A stretch of DNA of 64,000 bases from Ptychomitrium polyphyllum. Its lineage: Eukaryota. Both the position numbers and the translations under genes were made by a program. This document shows positions 12,329 through 26,100 of this stretch, piece by piece (positions within the stretch are counted from its first letter, which is position 1; each line of letters begins with the position of its first letter). The notes beneath the pieces are model-generated. The model was not told the DNA's origin. It did no database searches and saw only the letters and a program-made list of their open reading frames with translations. The stretch is from assembly GCA_973851085.1 (NCBI GenBank), contig OZ316776.1:7564001-7628000 (forward strand), read 5' to 3'.

Positions 12329-14645
12329 TTCAAAGCACAAAGAGCACCAACAGTACATGTCATAATGAAAACATTTTACAGAAACAAACTCACCAAACCA
12401 TATTCACACGACAGTCTACGCAGGACTTCAATAGATCCACTTGAAGCACACAGAGCAATCAATCAACTCCAAGACTGACCTGCAAGACAACCCCGGCAAC
12501 GTTCGAATGCACCGGCAAGGGTGCCCGCAGCAGCGATCTTCCTGACGTGGTAACCAATCTAGCGCTCCTTCACCCGTCGCAGAAACCAATCTTTCTTGGT
12601 GGAAACCAAAACCCTAAGTCCAATGCAGGGAAGAAATCGGGAACGCAGAGGCTGGTTGGCCGAATGAGTGAAACTGATCCGTCTGGGAGTCCAAAGACGC
12701 AGCGAAAAAAGGCAGCCGTGGAGGGGGTGAGGCAGATACACGGAGCCGACGCGAAGACGAGCAAGGCGCCCGTGTTGGGATCGCAAGCTGATGGCAGCGA
12801 TGGAGGCGAAGCGAGCACTGCGTTTGGTGCGCAACTCTCCACTCCCGCCACCCTAGGGCACTGCCGCTCTACCGCACTCCCGTGTATCTCTCCTACATTC
12901 GCAGCTGGACGTTTACCATTGCGGGTCTTTGACGGGTATCAATGAGATTGACGGGGCCAATGTGGAATTGTTAGGGACGCATACCAGGAACCGTCTCTGC
13001 ATCCATCACCGACACCATATAAGGGAAAGGCGCCTATCATTGCGGTAGCCACCTGGCAGGGTCAGAATTAGTTACTTTACATCTATTTATTTTGGGAGTT
13101 TTGGATGGATGAATCACGTTCGTTTCTTAAATTTGTGCATTTCGTTCCTGGATGATAGTTGTTGTGTAAATGTAAGTTGTTTAGAAGGAATATATCAAGT
13201 GTACTGCAAGGGTGTCTGCTATCTTTGTGCCCTGCTTGCCGTGCTCTGCTTCGTGAACAATGACTTCCAATTTGATTTGATTTTGATTTGCTCACCAATA
13301 TGAAAGACTGAAACGAAAGCTCTGCTCTCGATTCTCAGCTGCAAGTCTGCAACCATTTTTGTCTAAACCTCGCAGTCAACCATGTCTAACCCTCCAAGTA
13401 ACCCATGCTTCTTCAGCTGTCGCATAGAAAACAAAGTCTCCACGAAATCTCTACCTTCAGTGGTATTCAAGTGTGCAATCGAGCTCCTTTGCCTGCAAGG
13501 TCGCTCCACGAACAATTTTCACTGAAAAACTTTTCTTCCCTTATCTCCAAAGACTCGTCTTCTCCGCACAGCAACCTTCCTCCCAGATAACAGATGCAGC
13601 CTGTCGCAATGAGCTCTCGTATCACCAATGTAAAACCAGAAAATCAACCATCAGGCTAAACCTGCACTGACACACAACAGAGTTAGCAATCAGCATACTG
13701 CAGTATCAGCAGTATCAGCAGTATCACTAGTATCAGCTATGGCAGCATGCACACCATCAGCCTCACAAAGCCTCAATATTTGCAATACATTTCAAGACTT
13801 GCCATGCAGTCATGAAGTCAACAACAAAAGAGTATTGGACTCCATGGAGTCAACAAGTCCCACGCTATCCTCAGCAAAAACTTACCAGGGAGTCAACAAA
13901 TTTGCTATAGAGTCAACTACTTTTTTGTTGACTCCATGGCAAATTTTAATATATCTTTTTTCTTTCAAGTAATGCTAGATTTCAGTAATAAAATTATATT
14001 AAAGAATTAAATTTAAAAAGTTAAAGAACTGCATTGTAGGATTCCACATTGAGTCTTATTATTATGATAAAAAATTTGAATCGATTCAAGCTTCATTAAA
14101 ATCAAGAAAGCATGTTTGTATAAACGGATTCAGTTTGAGGCACCTTTGACATTATTAAAAATTAGCTATTTTGACAATGCAAGGCCTTTTATGGACATAC
14201 AAATTATTTTTTAATAAAAAAAATTTTTGGACCAAGGTGTTTTTAAGATGAGGCTAAATATTTAATGCTTAAAACTTGTACATGTTGTTACTGGTATAAT
14301 ATTCTTTAATTAATAATATTATACCAATATCATTAATTCTCTTTAATTAATAACTGATATAATATTCTTTACTTATTGGTATAATGGTTTTGATAAATTA
14401 TACCTTCAAATTAATGTTGTAATAAGCACATAAAGATTAAATTTTATAAACATACTTTTTTTAATGAATTTTCTTAGTTTATTTGTATTTTAAATTTGAA
14501 AACAAAAATGTAGCCTAATATCAAATTATGTTAACTTTTTGTTTCATAAATAGTGATTATTGTTACTTTAATTTACTTCTTCAATTGGATATTATTTGAT
14601 ATAATTTGGTCATGAAATGGCCTAATGATTATAGGAAATCATTAA

Positions 14646-14648
<3 letters not shown>

Positions 14649-14683
<35 letters not shown>
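14649..14683. repeat. (AT)n microsatellite
   Basis: Uninterrupted AT run of about 35 nt. Confidence 0.97.
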
Positions 14684-14687
<4 letters not shown>

Positions 14688-16621
14688 TATAAATATTGAA
14701 TATACTTTGCAAAAACATTCTCATAGATCAAGTTATTAAATACTTGTGCAATTATATTCCAAAAGCATAAGCATTGAAATTAGAAGATTTTTATATTATG
14801 ATTCACACGTTATATAATTCCATTTGAAGATAATGAAAAGAAGTTTGGTCTATTTGAAAAATGCCAATGTAAGTTAAGTATTTGTTTCCCCTTCATTATG
14901 GATTCCATTCCACCAACCTAACTTATGAGTATATAAATGTTATTTCATGGTGAATGGTGGATACTATGTTATTAAGCAATTAAAATCAATTCTTTTTTTC
15001 CATCCATAATCTTCTTCATACTTTTATATCCTACTTCGAACCTTTCTTATATTTTGAAGCACATCATTTTAAGAAGTTGCTTGAAGCCAGATAAAATTGT
15101 GGTATTCTTTAGGATGATTTCTACCTTTATTGGAACCACTTCATTAAACTCTTCAATGGTAATTCAACTTAATGCATGTTCCTTCTACCTTCAACAATCA
15201 TTGCTACAAAAAAAAATTCTTTAAAGACATAAAGGCTTTACTAATTGATGGATAGCCGTAAATTTCTTTCCCAACATTAGTCATCAACCCTTGTTCATCA
15301 TAACCGTGGCTTTTCTGGCAATAATTTGTGATTCGTTTTGGATCTCCTTCCATTCAACCAAGAAATATTGTGGTGTGGTTAATAAAAGAAATCTGCAAAA
15401 ATTTATATGTTTCTTAGTTCATTCATGTAAGGCCACCTTTAAAATTGAAGTTCTAAATTGGGTTCAATAAAATTGGAGCTAAGCTTCAATGCCTAAATAC
15501 TTAGAATAACTTGACATAAGGGCAAATTTTAGTAAAAATGAGTTTATTAATTTCTATTTGATAATACTTTAGATTATCTTCTTTAAATTGGTATTAAAAT
15601 CCTAATATCTGCATAGTGTGGAATTAAAACAAATACTTCCAAATATAGGCTCGATACTAGCTAGATATTAATGGAGCTCCAAATTACTTATTAATGATAA
15701 AGGACTTTTTTTGCAAAAACATTACTTTAGATGATATTTCTATCCACCATGATTACTTTATTGACAACATCCCATTCTTCTATAGAATCTTACATTTGCA
15801 TTTGTAAATCTTCTTCTAAGAAGCATTGTACTTATGATTTCTTTTAGTCTAATAAATTGAACATTTGCAAATATTCCAAACAATTACGTTGTTGAGATGA
15901 AAAACAACAAATTAAAAAAAAACTTCCTATTCTTCCAATGAATGAACCGTCTCCAATTATTACATTTCTCAAAATATAATGGTATGTATACAACAAATAA
16001 AGAAATACACTTTAATAAAAAATTGAAGGTGAGAACATGAAATTAGGCAAAGCTATACATCTAATATACATCTTCCTTCAATGCTTCAAAGACATGTTGT
16101 CCATTGCATTAACAATTATAATCCAAACATAAAGCATGAATATGAATTGTATATAGTTGTTATTATGAATAAGTTATATCCTTACTATGTGGACCTATCT
16201 ACTATTAATTGGAAAAATCTAAGGTTATCCATGTCTCAAACAACCACTTATTGGCTATAATTTTTAATTAATTCAAAAATTATTTTTTCACAAATGATGT
16301 GATTCCGTGCAAGATTTGTTAATAAGGGCAGTTCCAAATTTTGTATATAGCCCACTGCTAGGGATCAAAGGACTTATTCATAGTAAAAAGCACGAAGTCA
16401 ATCTACTAAAAAATCTCAAAAAAAACATGGTCCTTCTTCTTCACAAAAAACAATCGTTTGATCACGTTAGACTGTGAGCACCATGAAACAAAGATTTGAA
16501 ACTAAAGATTTTTATGGTGATGGGTGGATGAATGAACTTTTGACTGGAGACAGAAGGGTGATGTATACTGGGCGGCACTTTTGCAGTTGCAGTTGCGTGG
16601 CAGTGCAGTGCAGTCTCCGGT

Positions 16622-16654
16622 CAGGGCAGGGCAGGGCAGGGCAGGGCAGGGCAG
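16622..16654. repeat. (CAGGG)n pentanucleotide repeat, about 6 copies
   Basis: cagggcagggcagggcagggcagggcagggcag is directly visible. Confidence 0.95.
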
Positions 16655-18199
16655 AGTGGAAGTACCATCACGGGTGTTCCATCTGTAACAGTCTTCCCTA
16701 TCTATATAGATGTATATGTTACAGTCTTCCCTTCAAATGCCAACTGTGACGGTAACTGTGACGGTATTGTTGTTCCTACATACCGTAGTGCGTGTAGAAT
16801 ACTATACAAACGATTGGTACGTGCTGGTGTAACTCTGCTCGTTCCCTACTAGAATTTCTTTATCAGACTATTCCACGTAAGCACGTGTGTCGACTGTCTC
16901 TTAAATCAGGAGTCGTGGTCACCCTCAAATAATTAGATGAGACATTCTGTGATAATAGTACCCTACATTTTTGAATTAAGAGAATGAGAACTTTTCTATG
17001 TGGCTTACTAACTGTATACCATTTTGCTCCACCACATAGTAGCGGGATTGGCATAGTCTACATGCTCTGCACAGTTGTGGCTAGTGGGAAATACCATATC
17101 AGACCACTTGGACTATATAAAACTATATGGTGACTTCGTTTCTGTATTCTCATGCACGACTACTCTTAGGACGTGTCCTCAGTAACATTTATGACGAAGT
17201 AAATGTGCGTTCATGTAAAATATAATTAAATCACATGACTAAATTAAATTAATATTAATCGAAATTATGGTTCTGTAGTGAGTGACAGGTGATTCGTCTA
17301 CCGACTGACTTCAACGTTCTATTTTGGTGAGACTGGCACTGTACATGTTTTACAATTGTTGAGGACGTCAATCACCTCTAAGTATTCCCTGCAACCAATT
17401 AGAAACACCTACACGCACTATTCATTGCAGAACATGGAAAGAAGGAAAACAATTTTGTGGTGCTTTATACTTTATTGTATTTATTGAGAATCCAATCCTT
17501 CATTTTCTCCTGTATAGCAATTTCTTGTCTATATTCTAATGCACATTTTTTCTAATTTTAGTAGCATCTACAACAATTCCGAATTGTTGTTACATACGGG
17601 TATAAAGTGTTGTTTTATTAAAGATTAAAGTATACAATAGTGTTGATGAGGATCCTTTTATTCACGGTTTTAATGGATTTTTCCCAATTATTTGTCATAT
17701 TAGAATCTTTATTTTGCAAATAAGCCTAACCACAAAGTCAAATAGATTATCAACTAATAGCTTTTGTGTCGTAGGAAAATTTAATAATCACTTCAAATGT
17801 TATTGAAGGTTGTAAGGATAATCAAGGATTAATATGAAGAAGCAAACAATCTATTGTATTCAAATGTGAAATGTAGATGAATATAATCAAAGCTCAATAA
17901 ACATTGAAGGTTTGAAAAAGAGATGTTGGAATTAGTTTTTTTTTAAAGAAATGACAAAATACTGAATATACCATATAAGAAAGATTTTTAAAAGAAATAA
18001 AAGTATAGCTATAAATTAAGTATAAATGCAAGCAACAATTTAAAGAAATATGAAGGACATGAAAATGAGAGAAATAAGAGAAGTAAACTTTGATCAAAAT
18101 TACAATTCAAAATTCTTTTAAATGATCTTTTTTCCTAATAGTTAAAATGGAGCAAAGATGGAAGCTCTAATTTTGAAAATTTTAAGGAAATTGTGGTAA

Positions 18200-19900
18200 A
18201 TTTAGCCCTTCCAAATTATATTGAGAATTAATAAAACAATATTGTTGTAAGAGATGGCACAGGCAAGGGAGGTGGAATACTGAAGAAACTTAGCATTAAA
18301 AGAGACAAGGTTTTTAAATAGGAAAGAAATAAGACTATTAAAGAAATATATTGACTTATTGCTAAATCATTCAATTATGGGGGACTTTAAAACTCATGGT
18401 GTTGTGAGAAGTGAGAACACATTCATATAATAGTAGGCAACATTTGAATTCCAAATAATTTTTTTTTTTTTATAACATTAGTAACAAATAAGCAAAAAAA
18501 AAATTTGAAGATGCACTAAATGGATTGATATTATTCATAAGTTTTTTCTAAAGAAGCTCACACTAATAGCAAATAGAGCAAGTAAGAACATGGTGAACTG
18601 AAATGTTGAAATAAAATATTTACCACTTATTTTTACAAATGCTTGTGAACCTTATTTGAAACCAAAGTTGTAGATTTATTTTGGAGGTGAAAAAAGTTTA
18701 AAACACTTCAACCATTTTGGCTTGAAAAAAAAGATGTAACAAATAATTTAATGGCTAAATTTTTTAAAAAACCCAATATGATTGGAATCATGAGAGTTCC
18801 CAAGTAGTAAAAAAGAAGTAATATTCCTTTATAATATCAGGGGTAGTATTGAATTTTGCAAAGCAAGGTAGATGAAGAATGTTGCTGGGACAACGTTGTA
18901 ACATTTATATTGTTGAATTTATATTTAATGTATCATTTTATTCAAGGAATGAATAAAAAAAATAATAATAAGTAAATTTTGATTGTATATACAAGGAGCA
19001 TAAATCAAGATTGAACTTGTTAATCATACAAGAAAAAAACCACAATTGAAAAAACAAGCAAGCTTGGACAAGTGATGCACAAATAAATAAAATACTAATA
19101 TGTAGATGATATCAATGGATGTTTTTTGAAGGAAATTGAAGGAAAAAAAGTTGGTTTTGAATTGAACACAAATTTGGCCATTAAAAAAACTTGGAGAATT
19201 TTTTTAGTTTTGGAAGGTATTATTAAATAGAGACATGAAATTGGTCAATATTTTGGCACCAAATGAGGGAATTAATAGACGCATAGTATAATTGGAGATT
19301 TTAGTACAATTATGGGAGATGTATAGCAAAATCTTCTATCATTATTATAATATGGTCAATTAAAAGATTGACAAGTTTTCAAATGCTCGACAAATTTTCA
19401 TGGATATACATCATTTACAACTTTCAACAATCTTCTAAAACCTACTATAGACTTTGAAAACTATTAGAAGCTTTTTGTGATCTTTTATAGAAGGATTTAT
19501 ATCATGTAAGCTTCAAAATTTAAATAAGAAATAAGATGAGGTGCACCTTGATCTTGCAAATAAACATTCCAAAGAAATTAATAGAGTTGTTTTATTTTTA
19601 GGCATGTAGCTATTCTTGATATTAGTCTAATCCTTAGTTTTTCCTAGCATAGCATTTTTTATCTATTTTCTTGTTTAATCCTTTTGTTTTTATACACAAA
19701 TGATTTTAAGAAGAAAGGTAATTATGAGATGAAGGATGATTTAAGAATACATAGTACTTTATAATATTCATGAAATAACCAAAATTAATGAAGTTCATAT
19801 ATTGAAAGATAATTTTTTTTATTGAGAGAAAAAACCAATATTATTTGTTTAGATGGAACAAAGTTTATTTCACTTACCATCTAATTATAACAATTTGATA
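18200..19900 (+). mobile_element. Highly decayed non-LTR (LINE-like) retrotransposon relic
   Basis: Ordered degenerate motifs: IMGDFK at ~18374 (APE GDFN), TIDFENY at ~19444 (RT DFEKAFD-like) and IR*GAP*S at ~19531 (RT RQGCPLS-like), within AT-rich, CpG-poor DNA full of stops. Boundaries are approximate. Confidence 0.45.
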
Positions 19901-20770
19901 AAGAAGAACACCAAATAACATCCATGTAGTAATTTAAGCTTATAATTTTTAAAAAATGGACATTTTACCTTGTAATCACAAATTTTATTTCAAAATTTAT
20001 AAAGAATTTTGAATGTATAAAGAATTTTGAACGTATAAAGGTATTTATGAGCAAAAAAATTGCAAAGGTTAAAAAGAACAAATTAAAGGCATGCAAATAG
20101 GTACAAGTAAAGGATTTAGAACTTTTTATTAATTTAACAAAATATGTATTGTGAGGACACATTTTAAGACTATAAAGAAAGCTATAGAGTCTTTAAAAAA
20201 TAAAATTTAGTATTCAAATAAAATCATGTATTACATAAAAACTCAATGAAAATGCTTCAATTAAAGAATTCTTTTAGTTGGTGCAATAAAATATATAACT
20301 ACCTATTATTATATTGTTTAAAAATGAAAATGAAAGAAAAATTAGAGACAAAGAAAATATGGAATAAATTATATTAATATTGTTTGAATGATGGAATAAT
20401 AATGAAGATAATTTTTTGTTTTAAATTTCTAAGAATGATTGAAGATGAGGTTTAGTATACATATAAAAAAAATGCTATAAACTTTAATTACTAAAGTATA
20501 GCTTCTAAAGGCCATAGAAGCCATCGACAAAGTAATTGTAGAATTTTTTAATTTTTATTGTTTTATTCAAATATTAACCTTATTTATATAATTTATATGT
20601 TTAAAACAAGATGGAAGATTGTTTTGAGCATTAATTGATGATCTTTATAAGATTTTTGAATTTAGCTCTACGGATTCTTTGCATACAAATTATAAACTTG
20701 ATTTCAATAAGTGTAATATAAAATCATAAGATTGAATTAATTGAAATTAAAATAATATATTGGTGCTCTT

Positions 20771-21343
20771 TGTTAAGGACACAAGAAACAAGACGTAGAA
20801 ACAAAGTGTTTTTCCAAGAATTAGCTTCCAAAGAGCTAGTGATTAACAATGACTTGATACAAAGACTAGAACAAGGCAGGATTCAAGATGATCCACAACT
20901 TGTGTTGGCAAGACTAAGGAATACCTTGTCTTACCTCCTATTTATACTATGACGTTTGTATCTCCTAGGATACTTCTAAAGAAGCTTCCTACAAGGCTTA
21001 AGAATGTTCTGGAAGTCTAAGGAACCTTCCCAAGAAGTTTCCTAAGATGTTGGAACCTTCCTAAGAAGCTTCCAAGGAATTGGAACCTTCTTAGGAAGTT
21101 TCCTAAAGCGGTAGAACCTTCCTAGGAAGTTTCCTAAAATGATGGAACCTTTCTAGGAAGTTTCCTAAAATGATGGAACCTTCCTAGGAAGTTTCCTAAG
21201 GTGGAGGGACATTCCTAGGAAGCTTCCTATGGACATGGAAAAGACTATGGAAACATCTAAAAGTATTCTAAGAAGCTATTATAGTATACTAGAAGGTTCT
21301 AGAATGTTCTAAGGATTATCTTGTATGATCTATGTCCGTGACA
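20771..21343 (-). mobile_element. Solo LTR of an LTR retrotransposon
   Basis: Begins TGTTAAGGACA and ends TGTCCGTGACA (TG...CA, 9/11 inverted match). Flanked by ctctt / ctatt (4/5 match, a 5-bp TSD). TATAAATAGG lies on the minus strand near 20936-20945, and there is an internal tandem array. Confidence 0.75.
21021..21230. repeat. ~30-bp tandem array (ggaaccttcctaggaagtttcctaa...) of about 7 copies inside the solo LTR
   Basis: The repeated unit with palindromic core cttcctaggaag is directly visible. Confidence 0.9.
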
Positions 21344-23900
21344 CTATTAGGCAATTATGTTGGCCTTATATAAGAGTGTTTAATAGTTAAAGAATTAATA
21401 CAGTTCCACTTAAATTAATTATCAATTAATATTCAATTTAGGTCAATAAGGTTAATTAATATTCAAATGGTTTAGTAACTTTATGTACCTTTAATCAATA
21501 GAAAAAAACTCAATCAGTGTATTTGATATTCTTTTTAAGTTACGTTTGTTTTTTAAAATATGAAGAATTGATTTTGTTAAAATAAAATAAAAGACTGAAA
21601 CATCAATTTAGGTCTAATGTTTAAAACAACATAGAATATATTACAAAGATGAATAATGAATAATAATTTTATATTCCAATTGACAATTGGATTTTTCATT
21701 AGCATTTATTTAAATAAGTGGAAGATCAATGAGTGTAATTAAAGTGATTTTAAATAGTACAATATTTTATTTATAATTAAAAAAAATACGAGAATAAGAA
21801 TTTTATAATTTGGAATAATTGTAGTTTATAAATTGTACGTATGATTTTTTACTTACTCAAAAGAAGACGCTTATGTATTGCTTATAAAATTGATAATGGT
21901 AGCTTTTAAATTATAGGTGTATTAGATTTAATATTTCATTTAATTAGATTAAATGGAAAAATTCAAATTGTTAAGATAAACAGACAAACTTTTATAGATT
22001 TTGTAAGAATATTCTTTTGCAAAGTTCCTTTGAGCATCAATTTAAGATTGGAAAACAAGTATTTGGTATTTTCTAAAAACAATAATTAAAAAATTAGGTC
22101 TTTTTAATGTGAAAATAATTTTTTTTGATAAAATTAAAATGTATTATTTTTACATTTAAATAATGGAGTGTTTTTCTTTTATATTAATAATAGATAATAA
22201 TTATATAGATTTAAAACACAAAGTTGTAAATGAATTCAATATGTATAAGAATATTCAATTATTTGAAGAATTTATAATAGATTTCTTTTACCTTATTATT
22301 GTAAGGTTTTATTTTGTATAATGTAAATATATGGCTAAGATATAGCAAAAAAAGACTTTATGTTTTAAACAATTATTTAAATTTTTATTTGAATTGATTT
22401 TCTTATACTTCTAGTAGGTATATAATTTTCATAGTTTTAAATAAAAGGCAATATATTTATATTGATGGCAAAAATTAGACATTGTTAAAGCAAATTAATG
22501 CCTTTTAAAAAAAACTAAATTATGTATTATCCATTTTGACATAAATTAATCTTTTAATTTAGAGTTCTTCATATATAACATTTATTTTGTTTTTTAGAAA
22601 CAATATACTTATAATCCATTATAGCATAGATTATAATATGTTAAAATAACTGACACACTTAAAATACATTATAAGACTATTTGTATTATAAATTGTATAT
22701 TATTTATTGATTTTTTTGTTTTATAGAAGTATTGTAGTATTAAATATAATTTTAAAGTATTATTTACAAGTTTTTATGTAGTTTCTATTCATATATTAAT
22801 AAAACGTATTATCCTTATTAAAATTTAGTTACAATTTAATGAAATATATCACTTTACATTTATAATACAATATAATGGAAGTTTTAAGTGTTGAATTATC
22901 ATGTATTGTAATTGTATTATGGATGGAATTTTTTATTATAATACTTGGTTGAACAAATTTTTATTAATGGAATTATAACAAAGTACATGGTACTTGTGTT
23001 TTTCTACATTAGCTAATTGTCTTTTTAAATAAAAATAATGCCAACATTTTTTACCATAGTGATGCTAGGAAATTAGAAGCTATAATCTCAAAGTAAGTAT
23101 TCTTAAAATGTGTTAATATAGTTAGCTTAAACAAATTAAAGAAGGAAGGCATGAGCTTGATTTGTATCCGCTACTTACATTCTAAATTTTTCTATTTCTT
23201 TAAGTTTTTTTTGAAAAGTAATAATTAAATCAATGATATAAACTATATTAAGTCGGTATGAATATTTTATTTTTGTGCATATGTATAAAATTTAATCTAA
23301 AGGAGATAAATAATTCAATTAAAAAATATTTGCAGCAACATCAATATAAAAAATTAGAAATGAATAACAAGTTATTCCAACAATGAATTAATTGAAAGCT
23401 AAATTTAATAATAAGTTGCAAAAAGACAAGTACTTTAGCTTTACAATAAAAATAGTTAATTGCTAAACAAATTTTGGTTATTTTATCCATGTGGACTTTG
23501 TTCCATTGTTACATTTATATAAATAAGATATTTCGATACTTCCTTCAAGATATCTATTATATTGTAGATAATATCTTGAAATTTAGGTTTAGAATTAAAT
23601 TTTAAAATCTTGAAGGTTTGAATTTTTTTTTCTTCATATTAATCTTTTCCATATTCCATCTTGACACTTAATATTTGTTTTACACCATATAATTGCATCA
23701 CCATGGACTTGGACAAAAACCTCTTCTGGATGAAGTCAGAGTTAGCCTCATGTTTGTCATGGATGCATGTTGGTAAGCGAAGCCATGCCCAACAAAGATC
23801 ATTGCCAACTAGGTCAATATCTAAGATTGTAATCAGTGAGTTTGTAAACCCCATGCACCTTGTGATCAGTTGACAAGTTGCTCTAATGAACAAATCTTAC

Positions 23901-24960
23901 TCTCAACTTTCCATAGGATGTAGACAACAATCCCCTTCTCTTGACTTAGGTGGCAAGTATCCCTTCTAATCATCACCACCTCATCACCAACACAAGCCTG
24001 AAAAGCACCTCAAACTTAGCAAATTCTGGTGAGAAAAATTGAAAAAGCAACTCCACGTGGCATCCTTCACAACCATTGATATACAGCCTGACCTCGATTT
24101 CTACATCCAATAGGAAAATACCATTGAAAATCGAAGCTCAGCAGTCACTCCTGCATGGTATAGTAACTTACCATACTTCTTTTGCCTTGAAATAAAGATA
24201 TTCAATTGGTATTCTTCCTGTAGATTATCTTAGAATCACTCAATTAGTTTGTCGGAAGATGCTAGTGAACTGAGATCACAGTAAGGCTGATTCGCATCGC
24301 CGCCGAGTCGCAATTCACAGTAAAACAATACTGCATTGTTCAAAGTAAAGAAGAGAGGAAAAACTATAAAAATTAGAAAACTTACTTATGTCCGTCCTCA
24401 AGAATCCGAAAATACTGGTACGTGGCACAGTATATCACGGTCCTCCCCCTCAATTTGGATCTGTTGATGACGCCGAGAGTTTCGAAGAAATGAAGACGGG
24501 CCGTGGTGGCCGTTGCTATGGACTCGTGTCTGCAACAGCAAAACCATGATCTTTCACGACATCCAATTTCCTACACTGATACCTAGATAATACTCATATG
24601 ATAATGGCGCGATACCCGATTGATACGCAGGAGGGCATCTCTAAAATCAAACAAAGCAGCACGTAGGAACCTTCCTACACTCGTTGTGTAGTGCCTCGTG
24701 ACATGATACTCTTGGATTAATAGCTACATCCTACCTGTGCGATACTTCCGTGACGCCAGCCTTATACTTGTGTGATACCCAGGTCATGGCCTTCTGGTAC
24801 TCAGGCGTTCAGGTTGCAAAAGATGACGCGATTGCTGTCAAACCCTGGAATTGTCGCAGCGGCGCAGAGCTTTGGTCAGCATGGAGAAGAGGGGAGAGAG
24901 ACAGAGGAAAGGAGGTAGAGAGATAGAGGAAAGGAGGTAGAGAGAGAGAGAGGCAATGAG
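23901..24960 (-). other. Putative spliced transcript (lncRNA or 70-aa microprotein gene)
   Basis: CT-rich leader on the minus strand (24890-24950). Donors AG|GTAGGA (24734), AA|GTAAGT (24385), TG|GTAAGT (24171) and GA|GTAAGA (23900). Acceptors TGTTGCAG (24530), CTACAG (24218) and CACCAG (24026). Confidence 0.45.
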
Positions 24961-26100
24961 GTTGTGACGAGCTCGATGATGGAGCCTGGCTCGACGAGGA
25001 TGGGGATCCGGTCCTGGGAACAAGGCTGAATTGGGAAGCGTGAGATATGAGCGCCACACCCGGAGTTCCGCGCCTGCACCGCGCTAATTGCCCCTGTCGG
25101 CAGGCACTTCCATTAAGTACCAGCAAATCCGCACTCTGCGCAGCTCCCAAGCACCCGACGTCATGGTGAACAGTGGCTCTAGGCGCTACTTACCGTCCTT
25201 CGTCTCCTTGCTTGATTGTACATACGTGACCTCTTTCGATCATCGACTCGTCTCTTACGAGTTCATATTGTAGCTGCGCTTGCTACATAGCCTTCTCCAA
25301 CGTTGCCACGGCGGTGACGTCCTTTGGACATACTTACTGAGAGTTCATCTTTTCTGTCTCTACTCTGTATTGTGTGTGTGTGAGAGAGAGATAGCACATT
25401 CTTAGAGCTTCAATTTCGAGCGTTTTCTTGAGCTCCAGAGGTTTTTGGCGCTTGAGCGAAAGGCGTGAGCCGGTTTGCGTTAGGTTTGGTTGTGCGCGGG
25501 GGTTTTGGAGGTTTAGGAGGAAGGTGGATTATTTGCTGCCGTTGTGGAGTTTGGAGTTTGAGAGCCGTTTGTTTTCGGAGAGGTGAAGTTAGGGGAGAAT
25601 TCTTGTTTTCCGTTGAATAAGAAGCTTCTTATCGGCTCTGGTGAGTGCTGGTAGTAAGTGACTACTATAGGTATTAATGCAATCTCTCGGCTGTGAGATT
25701 TTGTAACGTTTGGCCGCGTCTTCTGAGGTTCAATCTCCGTCAGAGAGCTCTTTTAAATTTTCGCGCGGATATGGTGTACTCAAACGTTATTATTTCCTTC
25801 TTCGCTCGTTAGTTAGCCCTAGGATGTGATTGTAGTCACGGCGGAGAGTTTCGGAAGGTTTTTTGAGCTGTCTAAAGGCGGATAGTTTGCTTCTGAACCG
25901 GCTTTTGAGGAGTCAAAGTTGTACGCAACTTTTGAATCTCTTCTCTAAATTGTTTTTTGATATAGTTATTTATTGGAAACCACTGAACCGGACAGTGTGT
26001 TTTGAGCACTTTTGACTCCTTTGTCAAGTTTTCGGTTGCGGTCAAAACTCTTATTCGTGAATTGTCTTTATTGTGGAAATCGAGACATCTTCCGAGCAAA

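Noticed and set aside
12547..12945. 132-aa plus-strand ORF and overlapping minus-strand ORFs
   Set aside because: Best explained as the GC-rich promoter and 5' leader of the minus-strand coiled-coil gene; no recognisable protein features.
14800..16150. Possible hAT transposase remnant on the minus strand (isolated WW-like motif)
   Set aside because: Too degraded; I could not establish an ordered series of motifs by eye.
21021..21230. Palindromic repeat array resembling a CRISPR array
   Set aside because: The inter-repeat segments are only about 8 nt and similar to each other, there are no cas genes, the context is eukaryotic, and the array lies inside an LTR.
24809..25150. ORFs of 67-113 aa across the GA/CT-rich tract
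   Set aside because: Low-complexity translations of a simple-sequence leader.
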